The notes under the pieces were generated by a model. That model saw only the letters and a program-made list of their open reading frames with translations. It was not told where the DNA came from and ran no database searches. This document shows positions 27,310-36,479 of a stretch of DNA of 52,500 nucleotides, piece by piece. The position numbers were made by a program, and so were the translations under genes. The first letter of the stretch is position 1, and each line of letters starts with the position of its first letter. The stretch comes from a virus. The DNA lies in UHGV virus genome UHGV-0197997. The stretch is one strand, 5' to 3'.

Positions 27310-27728
27310 AGATACTGATCCAGAGGAAGCTGCAGAGCCTGGGAGATTTTCTTCAGAGCCACCTCTTCTTCTTCACCAATACCATCGTTATCTGCAATAT
27401 CCAGACAGAGGCAGAGAACATCCACTGCATCAGAGGTACCGGCAACATCAGCCAGTTGACGAATAGCTTCGGCGTTAGCTGAACGCGGGGAAGCTTCGTA
27501 ACGAGCGCGAATGTTCGAACTCATCTGGGCAATTTCACCAGCGAACGGGGCAAATGCCGGCAGCGCGGAGATAGTTTTCTCCAGTACCGCAATCTCTTTT
27601 GCATCACAGGTGCCATCCGCATACGCAATCGAGTATGCGCCCCAGACAGTTGCCTCTACCGCATCGCGGTTCTCCATCTTCTTAACTTCTGCTACTGCCT
27701 TACGTGCTTTTTTACCGAATCCAAACAT
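27306..27728 (-). CDS. TerB-like (tellurite-resistance TerB family) domain protein
   Basis: Two ADG-type motifs (IAYADGTCDAKE and LDIADNDGIGEEEE). Confidence 0.55.
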   Translation of the reverse strand: MFGFGKKARKAVAEVKKMENRDAVEATVWGAYSIAYADGTCDAKEIAVLEKTISALPAFAPFAGEIAQMSSNIRARYEASPRSANAEAIRQLADVAGTSDAVDVLCLCLDIADNDGIGEEEEVALKKISQALQLPLDQYL

Positions 27729-27861
27729 AGTGACTTTCCTTTTAGCGGGTGAGCCAGCGCTCAGGAATGATCAGCCCACAGAGACAGTCACACTGACTAT
27801 TCCCTATGGCTCACCCCTGAAAGGCTCTGTGGTTAAATAACGCCGAGCGTGGCGTAGATAC

Positions 27862-27883
27862 GAAAAAGGCCCGCGAATGCGAG
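27862..27883 (-). terminator. Rho-independent terminator downstream of phage tRNA
   Basis: Minus-strand GCTCGC-ATTC-GCGGGC followed by CTTTTT. Confidence 0.55.
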
Positions 27884-28038
27884 CCTGGTGGATCCGCTTA
27901 CTGATACGGAGCGGCCAGCCTCAGCTGCCGCAGATTCAAATTGTGGCCCTGCTTTGGAGTCACTTTGCGAGCAGCTGGGACATGTATGTTTCGCATCGTG
28001 ATTGGGATTCGCTTCAGGCGCTGGCCCCACTACCATTC

Positions 28039-28114
28039 TGGTGCTGGTTGACGGAATCGAACCACCGACATCCTACTTACAAGGCAGGTGCTCTACCTAC
28101 TGAGCTAAACCAGC
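28039..28114 (-). tRNA. tRNA-Thr (anticodon UGU), phage-encoded
   Basis: Hand-folded cloverleaf: acceptor GCTGGTT/AACCAGC, D-arm GCTC-AGTAGGTA-GAGC, anticodon loop CTTGTAA, T-loop TTCGATT, encoded CCA; T-stem needs two wobble pairs; 5' end overlaps methyltransferase stop by 10 nt. Confidence 0.55.
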
Positions 28115-29154
28115 AAATTGCGCATTTCACTGACCGTCTGTTCAAACCGCTCGGTTTCCAGTTCAACGCCGATTCCACTCCGCCCGAGTAGAGCAGCTTG
28201 CTTTAGTGTGGAACCAGAACCAGCAAAGAAATCAGCTACGACCTCCCCCGGCCGACTGCTTGCAGTAATGATCTGCTGGAGCATATCGGCAGGTTTTTCG
28301 CATGGGTGCTTACCTGGGTAGAACTGAACAGGCTTATGAGTCCACACGTCGGTATACGGCACCGAGACGGAAACACTAAACGGCCTCCGCAGGCAGTGAT
28401 ACTCCTGCTGAAGTTCGCAGTATTTCCGGTTAAGAGATTGCCATGTTGCGACAAGCTGGTGATGGGGCTTAGCAAGTTCGTTTCGTGAGTGTTTATCTCT
28501 GGCAATTTGCTGGAACAACGTCTGCAATTTCAGGTAATCGGCTTCGTTCGGTAACTGCCACTGGCTAAGACCGAACCAGTGAGAAACCATGTTTTTCTTA
28601 CCTGTGGCAACTGTAATTTCTGCTGACGTTACTCCAAGAGATTCTCTGGCTTCCCGGAAATAGGAAATCAGTGGAGTCATGACATGCTGCTTGAGTTCAT
28701 TGCTCTTAGCAGCAAACCCATCATCTTTCGGATTATATGGCCCTTGATAATGATCGGCGAAAATGATGCGCTCCGTCGCAGGGAAATATGAGCGCAGGCT
28801 CTCTTTGCTGCATCCGTTCCAGCGCCCGGAAGGTTTTGCCCAGATAATATGGTTAAGCAGGTTAAAACGCTCGCGGACCAGTATCTCAATGTCCGCCGCC
28901 AGCCGGTGCCCGCAGAAAAGATACATGCTGCCCGAAGGTTTCAAAACCCGCCAGAAGTGGGCCAGACAACTATCGAGCCATCGCAAATAGTCATCATCCC
29001 CATTCCATTGATTGTCCCAACCGTTCGGCTTCACCTTAAAGTAAGGCGGGTCAGTAACGATCAAGTCGATGGAGTTATCTGGAAGCGATGGAAGAAATTG
29101 CAGGCAGTCAGCATTGATTAACTCAATACTGGATATTTTTACAGTATTTTTCAT
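28105..29154 (-). CDS. DNA methyltransferase, beta-class (N6-adenine or N4-cytosine), orphan
   Basis: DPPY motif (LIVTDPPYF) N-terminal to SAM motif DFFAGSGST; no adjacent restriction gene. Confidence 0.8.
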   Translation of the reverse strand: MKNTVKISSIELINADCLQFLPSLPDNSIDLIVTDPPYFKVKPNGWDNQWNGDDDYLRWLDSCLAHFWRVLKPSGSMYLFCGHRLAADIEILVRERFNLLNHIIWAKPSGRWNGCSKESLRSYFPATERIIFADHYQGPYNPKDDGFAAKSNELKQHVMTPLISYFREARESLGVTSAEITVATGKKNMVSHWFGLSQWQLPNEADYLKLQTLFQQIARDKHSRNELAKPHHQLVATWQSLNRKYCELQQEYHCLRRPFSVSVSVPYTDVWTHKPVQFYPGKHPCEKPADMLQQIITASSRPGEVVADFFAGSGSTLKQAALLGRSGIGVELETERFEQTVSEMRNLLV

Positions 29155-29291
29155 AGATCAGTAAGCAGGACTCTGGTAGGCTCACTATGCTTTTGCGCTA
29201 AAGCAGTGGGCCTTGGTTAGCTTGTGACCTCAAGGCATGAGCTGATGGCTGGTTGGGTGCTACAACACCCACCAGCCGCCCATTTCACAGT

Positions 29292-29319
29292 AAAAAGCCG
29301 CCATGGATATTCTGGCGGC
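29292..29319 (-). terminator. Internal terminator in late operon
   Basis: Minus-strand hairpin GCCGCCA-9nt-TGGCGGC followed by TTTTT. Confidence 0.5.
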
Positions 29320-29335
29320 ACGATTAAACTGGCAA

Positions 29336-29668
29336 CTAATTATCTAGTCTCCAGATAGAGTCATCCAATTCAATATGAATGCGCCCATCTCTAACTTCAT
29401 AATCAATCAACCCTGTATCTTCGTGGGAATCATTCATATCCTTGCATCCAGCAAAGAAATCAATTCCAACTTCATATTCAAAGTAATCTCCTCCAATGCT
29501 GGCAACTTCAAATGTACCATCAATAACGGAATATCTGGCATCACCGCCATAACCAGCAAGGAAATAATCTTTGAACAGATGGGAGTGTGACTCCAAAACT
29601 CCTTTAACAGCATCCAGGTTCGCTGGATCAACACCATTTAAATCAATTTCGTAATTTTCAACGCTCAT
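29336..29668 (-). CDS. Hypothetical acidic protein, 110 aa
   Basis: ATG preceded by GAGGTG; visibly AT-rich. Confidence 0.5.
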   Translation of the reverse strand: MSVENYEIDLNGVDPANLDAVKGVLESHSHLFKDYFLAGYGGDARYSVIDGTFEVASIGGDYFEYEVGIDFFAGCKDMNDSHEDTGLIDYEVRDGRIHIELDDSIWRLDN

Positions 29669-29808
29669 TTTTCACCTCTATATCTGATTTAGTGTGAAAA
29701 AATCTTAATCGCTGAAGAGTTATGTCAGAAATTATTTTTAAGTCAGAAACAAAAAAAACTTAAGACATTGATTTAAATAATATTATTTAGAGTTAAAAAC
29801 AGTCCCCA

Positions 29809-30000
29809 TTACTGAGGGCGCTTATAACATCCAAACTCGTATTCTGATAAACCAGCCATCACAAGTTGCGTCAGTATCAACTGGCAGCATTCGCGCGACA
29901 GGTGCGTATTCTGGGCGATCTCCCCAGCCGTTGCTGGTTCGTTGGTTAAAGTGTTGAAAACTGCCCGGGCCGTTTCCGTCATATCCTGCTGATTTAGCAT
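29809..30000 (-). CDS. Hypothetical small protein, 63 aa (first late gene after tR')
   Basis: ATG preceded by AGGAAAAAG; possible winged-helix-like segment. Confidence 0.45.
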   Translation of the reverse strand: MLNQQDMTETARAVFNTLTNEPATAGEIAQNTHLSRECCQLILTQLVMAGLSEYEFGCYKRPQ

Positions 30001-30101
30001 GTCTTTTTCCTATCAAGTTGGCGTGACACACAGATAACTCTGGTCAGCTATGCCAGCAAGAAGTAATTGAAAAAGAAGCGGAATTGCGTGACTTCAGCCC
30101 A

Positions 30102-30127
30102 TAAAAAAACCCGCACATTGGCGGGTT
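30102..30127 (-). terminator. tR'-like terminator downstream of Q
   Basis: Minus-strand hairpin ACCCGC-loop-GCGGGT followed by TTTTTTT. Confidence 0.65.
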
Positions 30128-30139
30128 AATCAACGTTGA

Positions 30140-30225
30140 ACATACAAAGCCCATCGTTATAAAAACAATACCCAATAATTTTGAATATTGCAAGTATCTT
30201 GCTGCTATTTTTCATTAAAATGTAG
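30140..30225 (-). promoter_or_regulatory. Putative late promoter (pR'-like) and Q utilisation region
   Basis: AT-rich segment between Q stop and tR'-like terminator with TTGCAA ... TATTGT candidate hexamers; exact -35/-10 not resolved. Confidence 0.3.
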
Positions 30226-30984
30226 CTATCGTGTCACTTCCTTCAGTTTCTGCTCAGCGAAGGTCTCCTCTTGCCAGCATTTTGTAACCAGAATATTGAT
30301 CACCTCGGCATATCCGCTATACCACTGATAATTGGTCATATCAGGTACCAGCCGTATTACTCGATCTTTTACCAGTGTCGTAGGCAAACGGCTGTAACCC
30401 TTGCCATTACACCGTCCACATAGTTTTTGCACAGGTACTTTATGCAACTCAGTACGTTTTTTATCGAGTACGAGGCCGCGTCCACGGCAGTCCCTGCACG
30501 CTGTACTGATCCAGCCCTTCCCTGCGCAATGACTGCATGTTGACTCAACCTCTTCAGGTTTAATCGTAGGTGGGATGCCTTTCACTCCAGGGTGTTTAAC
30601 AACGTCCTTTACCTCCCGAATGACTCGCTGCCCATTGCATTGTGGGCATGTGCTCTTGCTGGCAGCTGAACGCGCATAATCATTGAAAGCAAAAGTTGCT
30701 AAGCAAGAAGCCATTTCAATACGAATACTTTCGGAAAGTTTGGACATTACAGGGTTCTTTAATGTCATCGCGTAATTGGTTAGTTGCTCGATAGCCGGCT
30801 CGGGATCCTGAATACCCATTTTTGCGAGAAACAAATTGAAGCCAAATCGAGCCTGGGCAGACGCCATACCTTGTGCTGCCATAACATCCGTAATCGTTAG
30901 TGAAGTGCCCCCAGTAGCCGGAGTTTCATCATTAAGCTTTGGTGACTTTGGGGAATAAAATTTCGGTAATGATTCAAGTTTCAT
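30226..30984 (-). CDS. Q: Late antiterminator Q (Cys-rich zinc-binding type)
   Basis: Start MKLESLPKFYSPKSP with SD GGAG; Cys-rich CPQC...CSHC...CRDC...CGRC; upstream of late promoter/terminator. Confidence 0.65.
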   Translation of the reverse strand: MKLESLPKFYSPKSPKLNDETPATGGTSLTITDVMAAQGMASAQARFGFNLFLAKMGIQDPEPAIEQLTNYAMTLKNPVMSKLSESIRIEMASCLATFAFNDYARSAASKSTCPQCNGQRVIREVKDVVKHPGVKGIPPTIKPEEVESTCSHCAGKGWISTACRDCRGRGLVLDKKRTELHKVPVQKLCGRCNGKGYSRLPTTLVKDRVIRLVPDMTNYQWYSGYAEVINILVTKCWQEETFAEQKLKEVTR

Positions 30985-31002
30985 GTTAAGCACTCCATAC
31001 AC

Positions 31003-32061
31003 TCATGCTTTTAAAATGACGCCAATACCCATAACCCGATCCAGAAAACGAGCCCACAGCTCTAACTGAGTGCCGTATTTCTGTTCGAATACTGAGACGT
31101 CGGCATGTAATTCATCGTGATGCACTCTGCACAGCGGTATCACGAAGAGATCATGGGCCTTTGTTGCGGTACCTCCCAGACCATGCCCTATTATATGGTG
31201 TGGATCGTCTGCGGGTTGCCTACAGCATTCACATGGCTGAGTTTTTACCCACCGGGTATATTGCGGACATTCCCAACGCCGGCGCTTAGGGCGGAGCATA
31301 AACGACTCAGGGCTTTCAGGATCAATTCGAAGACTAAGAATCGGCTGAACTTCTTGCGGGAACTGGGGATCGATGTACCTGGTGTCGTCTTTAATCCAGG
31401 CGCGCTCAACAAGATCCTGGAGCATTTCAGCCGCAGGAAATGACGGGACGATATCGCTTTCTTTGTAGACCGAGAGAAAAGGCTCTACGGGTAGCCTTAA
31501 GGCATGTTGAGCCATCGTCTCTGTAATCGCATCTGCAATGCCGGATTTGACGGCCCACCAGCAAAGCTCAGCCATAGATAACTCGCGCTCTTTGTTATAT
31601 CCCAGGCCGATCAGCACGGTGTCTATTACCCACAGGACCACATTCTGGTAGGCCAGCTCGGAGAGCGTCTCTGTCGTTTGTTCACGTAATTCATTATCGC
31701 AATGCCAGCAAACAACTAATGCGCCCGGAGGATGGCGCATAGTGACGAATTCATGGTGATGGTAATGTGAATGCGGGTATTGGCATTGTTTAACGTTATG
31801 CTTCAGCCACGCCTCAAGCGCGTTAATGCCACCAGCAGCATTAATGACCCTTTCATCCCTCATGAAAAAGCGAAGAATATCAAGCTCTGCAAGGGGCTGA
31901 CGTACATCAGGGATCCGGCCCGTTGGAATAGTTTTCATCTTTTCAGGCTGACTTTCTATCAACACGCGACCACCAGCAAAAAGAGGCATGAGTTCGCGGC
32001 CAGGCTTAAACAGCACAACGCCAAGACGTGACACTATTTCCGGAGTTAGTAGCGCTCGCAC
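31003..32061 (-). CDS. DUF968-like protein with C-terminal HNH-type Cys/His motif
   Basis: C-terminal CPQYTRW...CECC...HHIIGHG...CRVHHDELH; position in nin-like region upstream of Q; family name from memory. Confidence 0.45.
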   Translation of the reverse strand: MRALLTPEIVSRLGVVLFKPGRELMPLFAGGRVLIESQPEKMKTIPTGRIPDVRQPLAELDILRFFMRDERVINAAGGINALEAWLKHNVKQCQYPHSHYHHHEFVTMRHPPGALVVCWHCDNELREQTTETLSELAYQNVVLWVIDTVLIGLGYNKERELSMAELCWWAVKSGIADAITETMAQHALRLPVEPFLSVYKESDIVPSFPAAEMLQDLVERAWIKDDTRYIDPQFPQEVQPILSLRIDPESPESFMLRPKRRRWECPQYTRWVKTQPCECCRQPADDPHHIIGHGLGGTATKAHDLFVIPLCRVHHDELHADVSVFEQKYGTQLELWARFLDRVMGIGVILKA

Positions 32062-32069
32062 AATACCCC

Positions 32070-32624
32070 CTAAACAGTGAGATCTTTAAGCTTCTGCACG
32101 GCCTTTCCAACATCAGCCATAGCATCGACGAACTCGTCAAACTTCCTGCTGGCCATCCCATACGCCTGGAGAATTTCCAACTTCAAGGGATCGAGCTGCT
32201 TCTTAATTTCTGCACGATCCCCGGCTTTTTTCTCCGCTTCCTCTGCCGCTTTGATCAAGGCGTCAGCCTGTTTACGCAATGCTTCCGGAGTTACTTCGAG
32301 CTGTTTATTCATTTTGCATTCCATCGTCGGCTGAGGAGGTGTCATAACGGGCGCCACAGAGTTGTGACCATATTTCGGGTGGTGCAAGGTTGTAGACCTT
32401 CCATCATCGATTACGCAGAGCATCCCGCTTTCCCGGATAATTTCGATCAGGGTCTCTTTGTCTTTACGATTGAGGCCACTGTACGCCGCCACTTTGTGTG
32501 TCAGATGGGTTAGCGTGGCGCCCTCGGGTTGCCTTTCAACAAAACGCTTAACCCGGGAAAGAACAGGTTGCAGGTGCGGGGGAGTCATTCTCATTTTCAT
32601 CCCCTTATTGCGTGGCAATGCCAA
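32070..32624 (-). CDS. Hypothetical protein
   Basis: ORF in nin-like region; C-terminal coiled-coil-like segment. Confidence 0.4.
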   Translation of the reverse strand: MALPRNKGMKMRMTPPHLQPVLSRVKRFVERQPEGATLTHLTHKVAAYSGLNRKDKETLIEIIRESGMLCVIDDGRSTTLHHPKYGHNSVAPVMTPPQPTMECKMNKQLEVTPEALRKQADALIKAAEEAEKKAGDRAEIKKQLDPLKLEILQAYGMASRKFDEFVDAMADVGKAVQKLKDLTV

Positions 32625-33447
32625 GTAGCTTCAAAAGCTCAGGAAACTTCGATTCGAAGAAGTGCGGCTGCATCTCACGTGGATTTGCCGGGCTGGTGAT
32701 GTTTTTCCCATACAGGCAACCTCTTGCCGTAACAGACCAGAATCTTTTTACTCCATTGATACCCGTTCGGCTGCGGCGCTCCTTCTGCTCGACTATGCCG
32801 TGGCCTGCCATAATGTGATAAGCCTGGTTCGCGGTCATTCTGATGTTATTAGCTTTAAGTAAAGCGCTGAGAGAAAGTGTTGGCCTGCTTGAACCGTCCT
32901 GCGCGCCAGCTGGCGCATCAATGGCATAAGAGGGCATTATATCAGGCAACCCGGCCACCAGCTGAAGCTTCTGATATGCCCCGAGCTTTGACGAATTGGA
33001 GAGATTGAGCATTTTGGCTGCTGACTCCAGAAGGATCACACCAGCCTGGATGCGATCGGCATTGACGGTTGCAGCGCCGGCAGTGTGCAGCGCGTCAAAC
33101 GTTCTGATGACCTTCAGATTAAAAACAGCGCTGATCCACATCGCGTAGGCATACACCAACTCACGGCAAACATATGTGCCTTGCTCATTGCCTCCACGGA
33201 TGACACTTACAGGTTCTGATATATCCGAGTTGCTATTTTGCAACTCGCCTATCAATTGCGCAGTTTGTTCGTTGCGCAGCCAGAATGCTGGCTTGTGGCG
33301 GTCAAGGGAACCGGACACACGATGGAGATCATTTAGGCAATAGCGACCAAGGACATCACGACGAACAGAAATTCCATCAATGACAAAAAAAGAGTGATTA
33401 TTGGATGCAGCAGCACCCATGACGTGGTTAGTCATAGCTTTCTCCAT
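32605..33447 (-). CDS. KilA-N domain protein (antirepressor-like)
   Basis: N-terminal FVIDGISVR...KPAFWLRNEQTAQLI matches KilA-N pattern. Confidence 0.6.
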   Translation of the reverse strand: MEKAMTNHVMGAAASNNHSFFVIDGISVRRDVLGRYCLNDLHRVSGSLDRHKPAFWLRNEQTAQLIGELQNSNSDISEPVSVIRGGNEQGTYVCRELVYAYAMWISAVFNLKVIRTFDALHTAGAATVNADRIQAGVILLESAAKMLNLSNSSKLGAYQKLQLVAGLPDIMPSYAIDAPAGAQDGSSRPTLSLSALLKANNIRMTANQAYHIMAGHGIVEQKERRSRTGINGVKRFWSVTARGCLYGKNITSPANPREMQPHFFESKFPELLKLLGIATQ

Positions 33448-33523
33448 ACATTTTTATGTAACGAAGGGCCTGCACGCCCGTTTCGTTTGCACACCTTGAG
33501 ATTAATGCTAAGTTGCATAGACT

Positions 33524-33925
33524 TCAACCTACCACTGAACAAACATCCAGCGCTTTTCTATAAGCCGATATAGTGATTTCTACCCGCCCTCCTTTAACAT
33601 TCTCGCCCCACTCTATAGCCATGCGTTTTACCTGGCTGTCGTCCTCCCAGATCCCGGCATAGGTCAAAGCATCGAGCAGGGCCTTGTTGTAATTATCCAG
33701 GTCTCGCCGGCGGTAATCCGGCGGGTAAAGAATAATTTCTACAGCTGCTGGTGCCGATGAAGGCTTTGGTATATCTCGCAATTGCTCAATGACCGCTGCC
33801 CGCACCGCATGCTTAAACTTGCGGCCTGCCGCACTGACAAGAAGCTTGCCTTTTGCGGGCCCCTTATTTGGGGATCGCCAATAGGCATTCACGCTGGGCG
33901 GAAAAGGAAGTAAAAATTTCATCAC
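33524..33925 (-). CDS. rusA: Holliday junction resolvase RusA
   Basis: N-terminal PPSVNAYW motif and ~130 aa size typical of RusA. Confidence 0.8.
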   Translation of the reverse strand: MMKFLLPFPPSVNAYWRSPNKGPAKGKLLVSAAGRKFKHAVRAAVIEQLRDIPKPSSAPAAVEIILYPPDYRRRDLDNYNKALLDALTYAGIWEDDSQVKRMAIEWGENVKGGRVEITISAYRKALDVCSVVG

Positions 33926-34395
33926 TCCTCCAGTACCATTTTAAGTTCGAAAGGCAAGTCGCCACCGCAATAGCAGAGTTGCCCCAGCTCTGACATGAGG
34001 CTCCATAGGGTCATTGACGAATAGCCATTTTCGTCAGTCGCCGGCGGCTCAAATTCACCAAATATTCCTGGCGCACGAGCTCGATTTTCATCGTGTTGGG
34101 CCTGCATAAACCTCAGGGAGATATCATTCAACTTCACCTTTACGATGCTGTTGAGGTTAACTGAAACCTCCCTGGTTAAAAGCGAAGTGGTGATGCTGAT
34201 ACCGCGGGAAACCCCGCGGGTAATCTTGATGGCCCCTTTTCTCTCCAGCGCCTTGAGGTGGGTTGCCGCCGCATTGGGGGACCGGCACCCCAACATGCCG
34301 GTCAGTTCGTAGGTGGTAGGCGGGAAACCATGCTTACGTTGGTACTCGATCAGGAGGTTCAGAACCTCCTGCTGCCTGAGAGTTAACTTCATCAT
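33922..34395 (-). CDS. LexA N-terminal-like DNA-binding protein without S24 peptidase domain
   Basis: MKLTLRQQEVLNLLIEYQRKHGFPPTTYELTGMLGCRSPNAAATHLKALERKGAI closely resembles LexA DNA-binding domain; C-terminal half lacks Ser/Lys peptidase motifs. Confidence 0.55.
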   Translation of the reverse strand: MMKLTLRQQEVLNLLIEYQRKHGFPPTTYELTGMLGCRSPNAAATHLKALERKGAIKITRGVSRGISITTSLLTREVSVNLNSIVKVKLNDISLRFMQAQHDENRARAPGIFGEFEPPATDENGYSSMTLWSLMSELGQLCYCGGDLPFELKMVLEE

Positions 34396-36479
34396 GCTGC
34401 CCGCTCCTGTTTGTTAACGCACATTTCTGGCAGATTGGCCCTAACCAGCGCCTCAGCGAACGGCGGCGGCACGGCGTTTCCGCAGCGCGCAACCTGCTTG
34501 TCCTTCGAATACTTCACGCCGCGGTAGTCCCGGTCGATGATGTACCACTCAGGGAAGCCCTGCGCGCGATAGAGCTCATGCGGTTGCAGCATGCGCATCC
34601 CGATATCAACAATTCGGAACGTAACGCCGTCAATATCCACCAGCCCGGTGCTGTCCTCCCCGCAGTATTCCCGCAGAAATGCCAGCACCTGCTGAGCGCG
34701 CTCTTCGTCGTAGTCCTCGACCGCCAGTGTCGTTTTAACCTCTCCAACATGCTGGCCCCCGGCGGTAATTGTCGGCATCGGCTCGTCAGCGCGCTGACCA
34801 TCACGACAGGTCCCACGCAGTTTGACCAGGTGGGATGAGACTATTGCGGCATCGGCTTTAGTGGTCATTGTCTGCAGCGGCTCGCTAACATCACGCGGGC
34901 GGCTCTGCCCTGCTCGCCCACCAACGCCAACAACCTGGGCTGTAACCAGTGCATGATGATCAATCGTCGTCACCGAGTGGGCGGGCTCACCCAGTCCTAC
35001 GCCGGCGCCCTGATAATTCCCGCCGTAGTGTTTAGCCAGGAACGCCCCGACAACAGCATGCTTTCCGCCACCAGCAACAACGGTACCCAGCGGTTTGTCC
35101 AGCCCTGGCACGCGAGGTGCCTGCCCTGGTCGTTCTCCGTATCCCATCTGAATCAACGTCGGCACAACCAGTTGCGATTTACCGCCGCCGCCGGCGGTGA
35201 TTGTTGCACTGGGCTCGTCGGCGCGATGACCGATGCTTGCGCCAAACTGGCGCGCAATGACCGGCGCAACGATACAGGCGCGGGACTCTTTCAGGATGGT
35301 GTGAGCAGGTTTATCCAGTGGCCGTGGCTTAGCCTGGTACTCGCTGCCACCATTTCCGGCCAGGAACGGCGCCAGCTCAGCTTCAACGACACCCAGTGCA
35401 TGACCATTCCCGCCCGGGCGTTTTGACGTGCCGGCGGTCACCGTAGGTACCGGGTCGGTAACTGGCTGCCCGGTGGCACCGGTGCGGAATTTTGTCAGGT
35501 GAGGTACCGCGATTGCGTACCCATGAGTTTTGGTAATGGTCTGTAGAGGATCGGCCAGGGCCTGCCCCCGAAAACAGTCGTATTTGCCACGGGTGGTTGT
35601 GTGGTTGCATTTCACAATGAATGGATCCGCGCTGTCGATAACGAAACGCTGAATGCCGCGGGCTATGCGTTTGAGCGTATTCTCTGCCAACGGCTTTTTG
35701 CGGTCGAATATCGACCGCGCGGAAATAGTCCAGTCGATGCATTCCGCCGCGGTGCGAAACGGCGCCAGCTTGCCTGCCTGCACCGCCGGCGATTTCGGAT
35801 CCCCGTGTGTAGCCTCCGGCCAGACAATAGGCTGGTCATCACGACGCATCACCATGAAGAATCTTTTACGGATGGTTGGGGTTCCAAGGTCGGATGCACG
35901 CAGTTCACGGCAATCCAGATCGTAACCAAGCCCCGAAATCAGCCGCTGAGCCTGCTCGCTTTCCAGCGAGAGCTCCAGAAATTCGCAGCACTCTACCAGC
36001 GCAGGATGATCAGCAGGAATGCCAGTTGTTAGCATGCCGACAAATGCCCGGAATGTTTCGCCAACGCGCGCAGGGTCTGGGCGCATTTCTGCCGCCAGCA
36101 GCGGGCCCCACGTTTTGAACTCCTCCACGTTCTCCAACATCATCACCCGTGGGCCAACATCCAGGGCCCAACGAATGACAATCCACGCCAGCCCACGGAT
36201 GGCTTTTTCTACAGGCTTCGCCCCTTTCGCCTTCGAGAAGTGGCGACAATCTGGCGAAAACCAGGCGAGACCTACAGGTTTGCCGCTGGTGGCAGCTGCA
36301 GGAGAAACATCAAACACGCTTTCGCAATAGTGCAATGTGTCAGGATGGTTAGTGCGGTGCATGGCCACGGCGTTCTCGTCGTGGTTAATAGCAATATCAA
36401 CGCTGCGCCCGATCGCCATTTCGATCCCGGTTGATGCCCCGCCGCCGCCAGCAAAATTATCAACAATCAGCTCACGCAT
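34392..36479 (-). CDS. DNA cytosine-5 methyltransferase-like, 695 aa, with repeated TAGG-containing internal motifs
   Basis: Motif I FAGGGGASTG, ENV motif, motif IV-like SPDCRHFS (DC instead of PC), C-terminal RCGNAVPPPFA; four internal repeats of the TxTAGG type. Confidence 0.75.
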   Translation of the reverse strand: MRELIVDNFAGGGGASTGIEMAIGRSVDIAINHDENAVAMHRTNHPDTLHYCESVFDVSPAAATSGKPVGLAWFSPDCRHFSKAKGAKPVEKAIRGLAWIVIRWALDVGPRVMMLENVEEFKTWGPLLAAEMRPDPARVGETFRAFVGMLTTGIPADHPALVECCEFLELSLESEQAQRLISGLGYDLDCRELRASDLGTPTIRKRFFMVMRRDDQPIVWPEATHGDPKSPAVQAGKLAPFRTAAECIDWTISARSIFDRKKPLAENTLKRIARGIQRFVIDSADPFIVKCNHTTTRGKYDCFRGQALADPLQTITKTHGYAIAVPHLTKFRTGATGQPVTDPVPTVTAGTSKRPGGNGHALGVVEAELAPFLAGNGGSEYQAKPRPLDKPAHTILKESRACIVAPVIARQFGASIGHRADEPSATITAGGGGKSQLVVPTLIQMGYGERPGQAPRVPGLDKPLGTVVAGGGKHAVVGAFLAKHYGGNYQGAGVGLGEPAHSVTTIDHHALVTAQVVGVGGRAGQSRPRDVSEPLQTMTTKADAAIVSSHLVKLRGTCRDGQRADEPMPTITAGGQHVGEVKTTLAVEDYDEERAQQVLAFLREYCGEDSTGLVDIDGVTFRIVDIGMRMLQPHELYRAQGFPEWYIIDRDYRGVKYSKDKQVARCGNAVPPPFAEALVRANLPEMCVNKQERAA

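Noticed and set aside
27833-28191. Track ORFs 27833-28036 (minus) and 27877-28191 (plus) around the tRNA
   Set aside because: They overlap the tRNA-Thr gene and a terminator and lack translation signals
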